Of a DNA stretch of 64,000 bases, positions 19,759-28,752 are shown one piece after another; the first letter of the stretch is position 1; each line of letters opens with the position of its first letter. The stretch lies in contig JAVYOA010000001.1 of assembly GCA_038734945.1 (NCBI GenBank), positions 62,001-126,000 of the forward strand, written 5' to 3'. Below the pieces are notes generated by a model. The model did not search any database. It saw only the letters and a program-made list of their open reading frames with translations, and was not told the DNA's origin. Source of the stretch: Fervidicoccaceae archaeon. GTDB lineage: Archaea > Thermoproteota > Thermoprotei_A > Sulfolobales > Fervidicoccaceae. A program made the position numbers and the translations under genes.

Positions 19759-20445
19759 ATGCCTGAAGGCATAATAAACCCGAATGATGAGGCTGTCCAG
19801 AGCAGTATAGCGGAAATGAATTTGTTTGAGCAGCTCCAGAAAATCCTCAGTGTTGTTGATGCAGAGGGAAAAAGGTTAGAAGAGATATTGAGCATGATGA
19901 ATGAGGGCAAGCTTGAGCTAGCCAAGAAGGGATATGAGTATGTGAAACAGCTCAAGGATGAGGCTCAAAGAATAAGAGAGAGCACCATGGAGTATGTGGT
20001 GAGGGCCTCGCCTGCTCTGCTGACAAAGGAGCTCTACATGTTCTCACTATCTCATCTTGACAGGCTAATTCAGATAATGGATTCTATAGCATACAGAGTT
20101 ACAATTATAGCTCAATCTGGAGTGGGGTTGGATGGAGATGTGAGAGAGAAGCTAATGCTGATCTCGAGCAAGTCGTTGGGAATGGTGGGGGATCTGTTTC
20201 AGGAAGCCAAGCTCCTTAGCACCAACATGAGGGGGATAATAGATATACACGAAAGCATAAATGCTAAGGAAGAAGAAGTGGATCAGATCTATAGAAGTCT
20301 TGTGCTGGAGATAATCAAGAAGTACTCCAGGGATCTATTCTCCCTCATGATTCTGAAAGAGATAATAGATCTTGTTGAGGATCTCGCTGATATAATAAGG
20401 GAAGCAAGTCATGACTTCAAATACCTCGCACTCCACAAGCTCTAA
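19759..20445 (+). CDS. DUF47/PhoU-like phosphate transport regulator
   Basis: Duplicated helical unit, KEEEVDQIYR and LKEIIDLVEDLADII motifs. Confidence 0.75.
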   Translation: MPEGIINPNDEAVQSSIAEMNLFEQLQKILSVVDAEGKRLEEILSMMNEGKLELAKKGYEYVKQLKDEAQRIRESTMEYVVRASPALLTKELYMFSLSHLDRLIQIMDSIAYRVTIIAQSGVGLDGDVREKLMLISSKSLGMVGDLFQEAKLLSTNMRGIIDIHESINAKEEEVDQIYRSLVLEIIKKYSRDLFSLMILKEIIDLVEDLADIIREASHDFKYLALHKL

Positions 20446-20992
20446 TCCCAGAGCTTCAGGCATTCTACTGGGCCTAAGGGTAGTTCTATTCAGCGGTGAG
20501 AGCTCCTCCCACATATATGCCCAGGGATTTTACGGAAAGCCCTTCGGAATCAAAAAGCCAGAGCGAAAGCAATATAATGAGGCTATAGAGCTATCACTGG
20601 TTGAGGCCCTCTATCTCCTTGAGAGAGGAATGATAGAAGTATACACCTTTGATAATGTCAAGCTAAGTGCGGATGAACTGAGAGGGGAGGCTAGGAAGAG
20701 AATAGAAAACTTCGACTCTCTCTATAGAATATATGAGGATCTGAGGAAGAAGGGGTTCGTTGTGAGAAGCGGCCTCAAATTCGGCTCCGACTATGCGATT
20801 TACAGAGTTGGTCCAGGAATAGAGCATGCCCCATACCTCGTGCATGTATATAAAGGAGAGCAGGAAATAGATCCGATTGAAATTGTGAGAATGGGAAGAT
20901 TGAGCCACAGTGTAAGAAAGAAATTCATGCTAGCTATAGATGATGAGAAAAGTGGAATAGAATATGTTCTTTTCAAGTGGTTCAAGCCCTGA
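20411..20992 (+). CDS. endA: tRNA-splicing endonuclease catalytic subunit
   Basis: LSLVEALYL, GLKFGSDYAIY, HAPYLV, SVRK (Tyr/His/Lys triad); GFYGKPFGIKKP crenarchaea-specific loop. Confidence 0.93.
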   Translation: MTSNTSHSTSSNPRASGILLGLRVVLFSGESSSHIYAQGFYGKPFGIKKPERKQYNEAIELSLVEALYLLERGMIEVYTFDNVKLSADELRGEARKRIENFDSLYRIYEDLRKKGFVVRSGLKFGSDYAIYRVGPGIEHAPYLVHVYKGEQEIDPIEIVRMGRLSHSVRKKFMLAIDDEKSGIEYVLFKWFKP

Positions 20993-21042
20993 AGGGGCGT
21001 GGATTCCTTGTTCCTTGCATTTAGTCCGGAAGGTGTTATGCA

Positions 21043-21483
21043 TTGAGTAGGTTTGAAAGAGGAGGCAGGGAAGAGAGGTTTCCAAGAAAGTTTGAGGGAA
21101 GAGAAAGAGAGGAGAGGAGAGGAAGATATAGAGAGGAAGAGCAAACTCCCGCTCCAATAGATGGAAAGTGCAACAACTTGTGCCCCCTTTTCTGGTGCAC
21201 TAAGAGAGCTTACCAGATAAGGAGGGATCCCAGAAGCGGAAAAAAGTATGTTTTCTGCAGCTGGATAGGAGATGAATGTATAGGGGCTTCATGTCAGTAC
21301 GCAACATGCAAGTCCAACTATCTTCTCCCAGACGGAAGCTGCAGCTATGTGAAGCAGAAATCTCAACAGGTCTCAGAGGACAAGGAAATATATGAGGACC
21401 TGATGAAAGAGGATATGGACAGAAAGATGAAAGATATCATAAGCAAAAAGCTTGGAAAGAAGAGGCTAGATGACCTAATATGA
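21043..21483 (+). CDS. Hypothetical 8-Cys protein with an R/E/G-rich N-terminal tail
   Basis: CNNLCPLFWC...CSWIGDECIGASCQYATC...DGSC; stop overlaps the start of the next gene. Confidence 0.7.
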   Translation: MSRFERGGREERFPRKFEGREREERRGRYREEEQTPAPIDGKCNNLCPLFWCTKRAYQIRRDPRSGKKYVFCSWIGDECIGASCQYATCKSNYLLPDGSCSYVKQKSQQVSEDKEIYEDLMKEDMDRKMKDIISKKLGKKRLDDLI

Positions 21484-22220
21484 GCTTGCCAGGAAACAAA
21501 GCTCTGGAGAGATATATAAGGCAGCTGAACTTGCTGGGAGCTGATGGTCAGAGGAAACTAGCTGAATCGACTGTCTTGGTTGCCGGATTGGGGGGACTTG
21601 GAAGCGCTGCTAGTCTGTACCTTGCATCATCGGGAGTTGGAAGGCTCTTATTGGTTGACAGAGATGTTCTTGAGATCTCTAATTTGAACAGACAGATTCT
21701 CTACTCTGAAGGCGACATTGGAAAACCAAAGGCGGAGCTAGCAGCAATCAGGCTCAAGCAGTTGAGGGGGGATGCAGAAATCGTCCCTTTTGTCATAGAC
21801 ATATTTGATGATGAGTTCGAGGGCCTTGTACAGAAAAGCGATGTAATAGTAGATGGCATGGATAATTGGAAGGGTAGGATGAGAATAAATGAGCTTGCAG
21901 TAAAGTACAGGAAGCCTTTTATTCATGCTGCGGTAGGAGAATGGTATGGGCAATTGCTAGTTGTTATTCCGGGAAGGGGGCCGTGCCTCCATTGTCTATT
22001 CAGAAATGCCGCCTCTCCGGAAAAGCCGCCTTCCATTTTCCCTCCTTCTCCGGGAGTAATGGGGGTTCTCGAAGCGGCCGAAGCCATAAAGATTTTAACA
22101 GGAAAAGGAGAAGCAAGCTACAACAAGATAATTCATGTGGATTTTCTCAGAATGGAGTTCAGAGAGATAAGGGTAGTAAGAGATCCAAAATGTCCTGTGT
22201 GCGGAAAGCTGGGGACTTGA
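21480..22220 (+). CDS. ThiF/MoeB family E1-like adenylyltransferase
   Basis: RYIRQ, GLGGLGS, SNLNRQILY, DGMDN, PCLHC and CPVC zinc sites. Confidence 0.92.
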   Translation: MSLPGNKALERYIRQLNLLGADGQRKLAESTVLVAGLGGLGSAASLYLASSGVGRLLLVDRDVLEISNLNRQILYSEGDIGKPKAELAAIRLKQLRGDAEIVPFVIDIFDDEFEGLVQKSDVIVDGMDNWKGRMRINELAVKYRKPFIHAAVGEWYGQLLVVIPGRGPCLHCLFRNAASPEKPPSIFPPSPGVMGVLEAAEAIKILTGKGEASYNKIIHVDFLRMEFREIRVVRDPKCPVCGKLGT

Positions 22221-22277
22221 AGCTTTTGGAAAACCATGAGATGGGAAAAATTGAAAGTTCATTATAGAGAATTTAGC

Positions 22278-22363
22278 TCTGACATTCTTTCCGCTCTAAA
22301 GAGTGTGGCTTTCAGAATCTGACCTCCTTCCCGCCCTAAAGGACAAGGCTTTTGGTTTGGTAA
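22278..22363 (-). mobile_element. Non-autonomous IS200/IS605-type end remnant (PATE-like)
   Basis: Minus strand reads TTAC-CAAACCA-AAAG-hairpin(CCTTGTCC TTTA GGGCGGG)...GGTCAGA, followed by a second degenerate copy 40 nt away; no transposase. Confidence 0.6.
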
Positions 22364-22425
22364 TCATATTTTTAAATTAGTTTCACTATGATTTTTTAAA
22401 ATACTGTTCTGTGGAGAGATGGGTG

Positions 22426-23139
22426 ATGCCTGAAGAGCAGAAGATGAGTGTGGCTGAAGCGGTCAGATTTATTGTGTCCAAGAATCAGAGCATGATGGAG
22501 TGCCTCAGTGAGGGGCTCGTCAATTATACTTGGTTGGCTGAGAAAATAGCAGATGAAGTTGCCAAGGCTGCAGGAAGAAAGAGAGTAAACCTAGATGCCA
22601 TTAAAGCAGCTCTGATAAGGTATGAAGAAGAGCTAAAGAAAGAAAAGGCGGCTCTGATGAAGTCTGTTGGAAGTGTTTTGGCTAGAAGCACATTGGAGCT
22701 TCAGAATGACATCTCGGTTCTCACTGTAAAGAAATATACAGTGGAGAGAAAGCTCAAGGAAATCCTGGAGGTTGCCTCAAAATCGAGATTCTTCAATTTC
22801 ACTCAGGGGAAGAAATCATACACTCTCGTTATAAGCGAGGAAGACGTTGATAGTATAGAGAAAATCCTGGAAAAAGAAGATATCATGGATAAGGTGAATG
22901 GGCAGAGCGCACTTATAATGATAAGTCCATATGATATCATGTTTACTCCAGGAGTTGTAAATTTTCTAACCAGACTCATGTACCTGAACAGCATAAATAT
23001 AACACAGATAATGAGCTGCTATACAGACACGATACTTATAATTAGTAAAGCAGATTCTGTCAGAGCACTCAAGCTTCTGCAGGATGTCATTGAGCAGCAG
23101 AGAGTAATAGAGAGGGGAATTAAAAGTGACAATGTATGA
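22426..23139 (+). CDS. Archaeal ACT-domain-containing protein
   Basis: GLVNYTWLA, AIKAALIR N-terminal unit; C-terminal TPGVV...SINITQIMSCYTDTILII ACT-like unit. Confidence 0.75.
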   Translation: MPEEQKMSVAEAVRFIVSKNQSMMECLSEGLVNYTWLAEKIADEVAKAAGRKRVNLDAIKAALIRYEEELKKEKAALMKSVGSVLARSTLELQNDISVLTVKKYTVERKLKEILEVASKSRFFNFTQGKKSYTLVISEEDVDSIEKILEKEDIMDKVNGQSALIMISPYDIMFTPGVVNFLTRLMYLNSINITQIMSCYTDTILIISKADSVRALKLLQDVIEQQRVIERGIKSDNV

Positions 23140-23247
23140 GAATGTGCCATAATGAGAGGAGGGGAAGTAACATTGTATAAGATTGTTCCAGTTGGAACAG
23201 AAGCATTACCGCGGTGAAGTAGTTCAAAAAAACTTGTGGTTTCCCGC

Positions 23248-23487
23248 TTATACCTTTTCCCAATGTATAACTGAGACAGGGCAGCTCTCTGCTGCCGATT
23301 TGACGCACTCCTCTAGGCTTTCATCAACGAGTCCGGTTGATGGATCGCTTGCATTCGTTCTCCATTTAGCCACAATCTGGCTCTTTCCATCATCCTGGTT
23401 CATTTCAAAAACGTCTGGACAAAGATTTACGCAGACCATATCTCCTATGCATCCATCTCTATCAATTGTTACCTTAATTTTTGCCAT
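23248..23487 (-). CDS. fdx: Monocluster ferredoxin with an Asp ligand (Pyrococcus type)
   Basis: CIGDMVCVNLCPDVF...AAESCPV; SD AGGTGAT before ATG 23487. Confidence 0.9.
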   Translation of the reverse strand: MAKIKVTIDRDGCIGDMVCVNLCPDVFEMNQDDGKSQIVAKWRTNASDPSTGLVDESLEECVKSAAESCPVSVIHWEKV

Positions 23488-23548
23488 ACGCATCACCTGG
23501 GTTTATCTTGAAACTTTTATGTCTTCCTATTAATATTTTTTCTTTCTT

Positions 23549-24289
23549 CTAACGTCTACTCTGGGTTTTCACACCAAGATAAAGAAGACCCAGCTCAGGA
23601 TCCTCCAGTAGCTTTCTCCCTTCTCCTCTGTACGCGACTTTCCCGCTGCTCATAACGATTGCCTCATGAGATATTTCCAGTGCAAGCCTGGCATTCTGCT
23701 CAACGAGGATCACTGTCTTCCCTCTCTTTGCGTTAAGCTCCCTGATGATGTTTATTATTTGGTGGGCAACTTTGGGAGAGAGAGCAGCGGTCGGCTCATC
23801 GAACATCAGCACATCTGGAGTCCTCATGAGTGCCATTGCTGTTGCAAGCATCTGCCTTTCTCCCCCACTCAGTCTCCCTGCCTTCTGTTTCATGTATGCC
23901 CTGAGAATAGGAAATATTTCCAGTACTTCCTCCATCTTCGATTTAGCTTCTTCCTTGCTGAGAGTATATGAAGCCATTATAAGATTTTCCTGAACAGTGA
24001 GATTGTCGAAGACATTCTGTGTCTGCGGAAGATATGCTATCCCCAGTTTTGCTATCTCGTGGGGGGGCTTCGATGTTATGTCCTTTTCTTTCAGCAGTAT
24101 TCTTCCAGACATCACCCTTGTTAGTCCAAAAATGGTCTTCAAGAGCGTGCTCTTTCCGCTTCCATTTGGTCCAACTATGCCCGTTATTTTCTTTTCTGGA
24201 AACTCTAGGTCTACATCAAAGAGAATGTGCATTTTCCCATATCCAGCATTTAGTTTCTCAGTTTTCAATATTATGCCTTCCAATTTCAC
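23549..24289 (-). CDS. livF: Branched-chain amino acid ABC ATPase LivF
   Basis: AGYG, GPNGSGKST, LSGGERQMLA, DEPT, LVEQNA. Confidence 0.9.
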   Translation of the reverse strand: MKLEGIILKTEKLNAGYGKMHILFDVDLEFPEKKITGIVGPNGSGKSTLLKTIFGLTRVMSGRILLKEKDITSKPPHEIAKLGIAYLPQTQNVFDNLTVQENLIMASYTLSKEEAKSKMEEVLEIFPILRAYMKQKAGRLSGGERQMLATAMALMRTPDVLMFDEPTAALSPKVAHQIINIIRELNAKRGKTVILVEQNARLALEISHEAIVMSSGKVAYRGEGRKLLEDPELGLLYLGVKTQSRR

Positions 24290-25090
24290 TTAACCCCCGA
24301 GATAGGTCTCAATTACGATTGGATTGCTCACTACTTCCTCGGGCTTTCCTTCAGCCACGACTCTTCCCTTCGCCATTGCATATGCAATATCAACATATCC
24401 AAGCGCTATTTCCAATACATGCTCTATTATGAGGAAGGTCATTCCTCTTTCTCTAGCCAGCCTTCTGAGAAGCGAGAAGATCTCATGTGCTAAACTAGGG
24501 GCAACTCCCGCAGCTGGCTCATCCATGAGAACAGTCTCTGCTCCATTCATTAGTGCTCTTCCTATTTCCAGCAACTTGAGCTGCCCACCACTAAGCTTAG
24601 ATGACTGTTGATCTGCCACTCTCTCGAGATTAATTACTCTTAAAATTTCTCTGGCTCTCTCCAGATCCTTTTCCTCGTCCTTAATCCAGGTAGATCTTCT
24701 CATAGCATTTAATGCTTTCTCCCCTCTGTTCTCTCTAGACGCGACCAACAGGTTTTCCAGAACGGTCAGACTGTAGAATGGCTGCGGTATCTGAAAAGTT
24801 CTCACCAATCCCAATTTGTTTATTTTGTGGGGAGGCATGTTTGTTATGTCCACCCCCTTATAGAAGACCTTTCCAGAGTCGCTCTTCAGAAATCCGCTGA
24901 TCACGTTGAGCAGCGTCGTCTTGCCAGAACCGTTGGGGCCAATAATCATAGTCACAGTTCCCTTTTTCACAGAGAGGGAAACTCCGTCTAGGGCAACGAG
25001 ACCGCCAAACGATTTCCTAATGTTAACTACTTTGAGAATTTCTTCTCCGTTCGCTATCGAAGTATGCTGAGATATTTGCTCCTCTCTCAA
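24290..25090 (-). CDS. livG: Branched-chain amino acid ABC ATPase LivG
   Basis: KSFGGLVAL, GPNGSGKTT, RTFQ, LEIGRAL, DEPAAG, IEH, YLG. Confidence 0.9.
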   Translation of the reverse strand: MREEQISQHTSIANGEEILKVVNIRKSFGGLVALDGVSLSVKKGTVTMIIGPNGSGKTTLLNVISGFLKSDSGKVFYKGVDITNMPPHKINKLGLVRTFQIPQPFYSLTVLENLLVASRENRGEKALNAMRRSTWIKDEEKDLERAREILRVINLERVADQQSSKLSGGQLKLLEIGRALMNGAETVLMDEPAAGVAPSLAHEIFSLLRRLARERGMTFLIIEHVLEIALGYVDIAYAMAKGRVVAEGKPEEVVSNPIVIETYLGG

Positions 25091-25383
25091 AATGAGCACC
25101 TGAAATTAGTAATTTGCAGTTTTTGTTGAGCTTTTAAAGTTTTACCCTATTAATTTTTTAGTTTACAAAAAGAACTAGTCTATTTCGCGCCACGAGAGTG
25201 AAATTTCTAAGGATTTTTATCCTCTCTTGCCTTTATCTCTCTGGTCTTTTTTCCCATAGAGCAAAAATTTCAGTTGCAGTGATGGGAGGACCAATTTTTA
25301 TCTTGAGCTATCCATGAATTGTTGTAATTTCCTCATGATATTTTAAGGAGTTTTTTTGGATATTTGAGAACAACTGAGGCTGA

Positions 25384-25827
25384 TCAGATAAGTGCAATGA
25401 GTATTAATATGACCCCCAGTGCAGAGAGAGAGGAGTTAGCAATGGGATCATCGTACCTAAGGGATGCCAGCCTGTAATATTTTCCAGATAGAGGCCAGAA
25501 GAGTGATACCCCCGCCTTAGTTAGCATGTCGAGGAGCAGATGGCTTAAGTATGCTATTAGTGATGAAGCGAAAAAGGCCGTCCAGGAAAGCGTTGTCAGA
25601 CCCATGCTTATGAGATATCCCTCAGAGAAGTATGTGAGGGGGAGAGTCAATAGAAAAGCGGCAAATATATTGTGAAGCATTGCCCTATGCTTAAGGGAAA
25701 AATCCAGATCTGGAAGTGCCGAGAAAAGAAGTGCATATGCTATCATCAGTTGATCGAACTCTCTCAGCCTGGTCATGACAAATATGGAAATCCCAATTCC
25801 CACTAGGACATGCGTCATTCTCTTCAA
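25384..25827 (-). CDS. YdjM-like membrane metal-dependent hydrolase
   Basis: TH, LPDLD, HRAMLH, SHLLLDMLT..GVSLFWP motifs. Confidence 0.82.
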   Translation of the reverse strand: MKRMTHVLVGIGISIFVMTRLREFDQLMIAYALLFSALPDLDFSLKHRAMLHNIFAAFLLTLPLTYFSEGYLISMGLTTLSWTAFFASSLIAYLSHLLLDMLTKAGVSLFWPLSGKYYRLASLRYDDPIANSSLSALGVILILIALI

Positions 25828-27590
25828 TCGGGTCCCTCAGAAGGATAGAGCATATCTTCAATTTCTTCCTTGGTCTGGTCTAAAGTTATATTGGCATTCT
25901 TCTGCCAGAGCTCTGCAATGTTGAGATCTCTTCCGGCTCTCTTACCCAGATGCTCGTCTATTTTCACTAGAGCTGGAAGCTTTGTGAATTCTCCCAGAAG
26001 TATGGCTTCACCAGTTCTCAGGCTAGGTAGCATGCTCAGAAGCTCATCGCTCAAGAGCTCGCTGGAGTTCTGAACATATTTTAGGTCGTTTGGTTCAACG
26101 ATCTTTAGAATGATCTTGTTGTTGGTCTGGCTCAGCGAATTCTCATCTATGCTCTTTGGACGCTGGCTCACCAAGCTTATTCCAACCCCAAACTTCCTTC
26201 CCTCCCTAGCTATCTTGCTAACTATTTCCTTCGTTAATGTATCATAGTCCCTCGGCACAAGTATGTGAGCTTCCTCTATGAAAATATAAACAGGCACTGG
26301 ATAGCCTGGCTCCCTGTTTCTGACATATGCCTTTCTCTCCTCAAGAATTCTTCTGAGAAGATAAGATGCAACAACGTCGCTCCCTACATCATCTACCTCT
26401 CCAAGATCAACAATGTTCAGATAGCCTTGCTTCACTATTTCTTTGATGGATTTTGGCCCATGAATTGAGATGATGTCCTTATATACATCCTTGAGATCCT
26501 CTAATTTTCCCTCCACACTCAACACAACATCTCTGTCCAGTTTTTTGGGAATATTGGAGAGTTTCGAGCACGGGTCCTTATCTCCACTTCTCTTCTCCTC
26601 CCTTTCTCTCGATTCTTCCATTGATTTGCTTCCTGATCTTCTTCCAGCGCCCTCGCTGAAGGACTCCAAGCACTCTAGAACATCCATCATATAATCTATG
26701 ATGTCGAATTTGCTTAGCTCAGCTGGGTCGCTCTGAAGTAGTTCGCTCATGTGTTCCCTCGCTTTCTTATAGGCATACCTGAGGACGCTTTGCTGCTTCA
26801 CAGCATCTTCTCTTATTCTAGCAAGCTTGTATAGTTCCCATATTGTCAGTGACGATGGATTTATTCTTGGCTTTATTATGTTGGTCCTCCTATCGGCTAT
26901 TCTCGATTCTGTGTACTCACTATGCATATCAAAAAGGAGAATTGTTGCCCCCAGGCCTTCAACCATTCTCTCTGCCAATATGCTCACAGTATTCGATTTA
27001 CCGGCTCCAGTTACTGCAAGAATTGCTGAGTGCCTAGAGACGAGGGAGTCAACATTGATGAAAACTGGAACATTTGGATGGTTTGCCAGAACGCCTATTC
27101 TAACATAGCCCTTCTTCTCACTCCTGCTGTAATGATAGAGAGCGCTGTCATCCTGAAGGTCCGAGGGAAGGAAGATCCTTTTAAGTATCTCATCATTAGC
27201 TTTGAACACTGGGCTTGAAGGAGCTGGTGGATTTCTCGGAGGCTCAAATCTCCTTCCCCGGAGCAGTGGTTGTATCTTGGTAAGTATTCTTATAACCCCT
27301 CTGGTATAGTTCCTTCCATCGACAATGTTCCTCCAGTTCTCGAATGATACAATGTTTGTTAGGTTCTCAGGAATAAATGGATTCCCAGCAATTGAATCCT
27401 CCACCATTCCAAGAAGATGCCCTTCCTGATGCTTTATTAGAACATATTCTCCTATATTTGGGGGAGTTCTGGATAGGACGAGCACCTTGAATGGGGTGCT
27501 CTCCCCTATTATGTATCCTATCTCCTCCAATTCCTCCTCATTTATCTCCTCTTCTTCATTTCCTTCATTTTCTATGGGTTCCATGTTCAT
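25824..27590 (-). CDS. herA: HerA DNA helicase/translocase
   Basis: HAS barrel, RHSAILAVTGAGKSNT, DMHSEY, IEEAH, IAREGRKFG, SQRP. Confidence 0.95.
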   Translation of the reverse strand: MNMEPIENEGNEEEEINEEELEEIGYIIGESTPFKVLVLSRTPPNIGEYVLIKHQEGHLLGMVEDSIAGNPFIPENLTNIVSFENWRNIVDGRNYTRGVIRILTKIQPLLRGRRFEPPRNPPAPSSPVFKANDEILKRIFLPSDLQDDSALYHYSRSEKKGYVRIGVLANHPNVPVFINVDSLVSRHSAILAVTGAGKSNTVSILAERMVEGLGATILLFDMHSEYTESRIADRRTNIIKPRINPSSLTIWELYKLARIREDAVKQQSVLRYAYKKAREHMSELLQSDPAELSKFDIIDYMMDVLECLESFSEGAGRRSGSKSMEESREREEKRSGDKDPCSKLSNIPKKLDRDVVLSVEGKLEDLKDVYKDIISIHGPKSIKEIVKQGYLNIVDLGEVDDVGSDVVASYLLRRILEERKAYVRNREPGYPVPVYIFIEEAHILVPRDYDTLTKEIVSKIAREGRKFGVGISLVSQRPKSIDENSLSQTNNKIILKIVEPNDLKYVQNSSELLSDELLSMLPSLRTGEAILLGEFTKLPALVKIDEHLGKRAGRDLNIAELWQKNANITLDQTKEEIEDMLYPSEGPD

Positions 27591-27611
27591 TTGAATTTCA
27601 CCCCGAATTTC

Positions 27612-28751
27612 TCAGAGAACATCCACTTCCTCTCTCCCACTCAGCTCTTCTCTAAATCCAAAAGCATCTATAATCATCTCAGCAGTGCTTTTCCTTATAT
27701 GAGCTCTCTGGTGAGCCAGTAGCAGGGGAAATGGGTATCCATCAGCTATTGAAATTGATGCAAGCTTCAGAATGAGCTCCTCATATGCCTTCACAAGTGA
27801 TCCCTTTTCCGAAGCAAATGGAGAGAGAAGCTGTATTTTGAGGAAGGGGGCTCCTGGAGATAGCCTAGCATATCCACTTATGAAGGAAACTGATCTGGCA
27901 CTCTCCCTTGTGTTGCAAAGAGAGCTAAGTTCCTGACCAATAACTGCATCTAGGCTTTCGCTAACAGTCTCTATTATGTATCCTGTTCCTGCTACCAGCT
28001 TGGTTAGAACATACTGATCAGGCAGAGGAAGCTTGAAGAGATTGTTGCTCCTTCCGGTTTTCGTAACGAAGGCAAGGTATTGCCCCTTTGCTACCATATC
28101 GAAGAGCCTTGAGAGCCTCACTGCTTTCTCAACGAGCTCTATGACCTTTGCCCTCTCGGTGTTGCTGCTCATTTCCCTCTCTATATAGCCCTTGGAGGCT
28201 ATTGCGACATCATCCCTCTCCTCTTTCTCAATAAGCTCGGACACGATGTCGCAGAGGGAGCTGTCCTCCCTATCGAGCTCCTTTAGCTTCATATGTGCTG
28301 GCCTAGCAATAAGGGATTCTAGACTGCCATCTGCCAGTGTGAAGAATTCCATTTTTAGTGAATCATACATTGATCTTATCTCGCTGATTTGTCTGTAAAC
28401 TGTAATCCTGTCCTGGGACATTGATGGGGGAATAAGTATATCCACATCAACGATTCTGCTCTCCTCTTTCTCAGTGTATATTTTGCTGGATGAATTATAT
28501 ACAAGCCTGACGGAGTATGACTTTATGAAGTACATTTCGAAGCCGAGCATGGAAATTGGATAGGATCCCCCATCAACTGCTGCGACTTTCTCAGGTTGGA
28601 GATGTGCAGGAATTTCGCTTGGAATTTCGACCAGCCCACTGCTTATCTTCTCAAGTGCTTCTTTCTCATTTATTCCCAATAGGAATATCTTTCTCTTTAT
28701 TTCATCCTGCTTTTTTGAAGCTACCTCGAGTATATCATCTATGTAGCTCAT
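27612..28751 (-). CDS. nurA: NurA 5'-3' nuclease
   Basis: AAVDGGS, DGSL, GYPFPLLLAH; between rad50 and herA. Confidence 0.9.
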   Translation of the reverse strand: MSYIDDILEVASKKQDEIKRKIFLLGINEKEALEKISSGLVEIPSEIPAHLQPEKVAAVDGGSYPISMLGFEMYFIKSYSVRLVYNSSSKIYTEKEESRIVDVDILIPPSMSQDRITVYRQISEIRSMYDSLKMEFFTLADGSLESLIARPAHMKLKELDREDSSLCDIVSELIEKEERDDVAIASKGYIEREMSSNTERAKVIELVEKAVRLSRLFDMVAKGQYLAFVTKTGRSNNLFKLPLPDQYVLTKLVAGTGYIIETVSESLDAVIGQELSSLCNTRESARSVSFISGYARLSPGAPFLKIQLLSPFASEKGSLVKAYEELILKLASISIADGYPFPLLLAHQRAHIRKSTAEMIIDAFGFREELSGREEVDVL

Positions 28752-28752
28752 A

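Noticed and set aside
22278..22353. Two 36-nt repeats as a mini CRISPR array
   Set aside because: Only about 4 nt between copies, degenerate, no cas genes; fits IS200/IS605 ends better.
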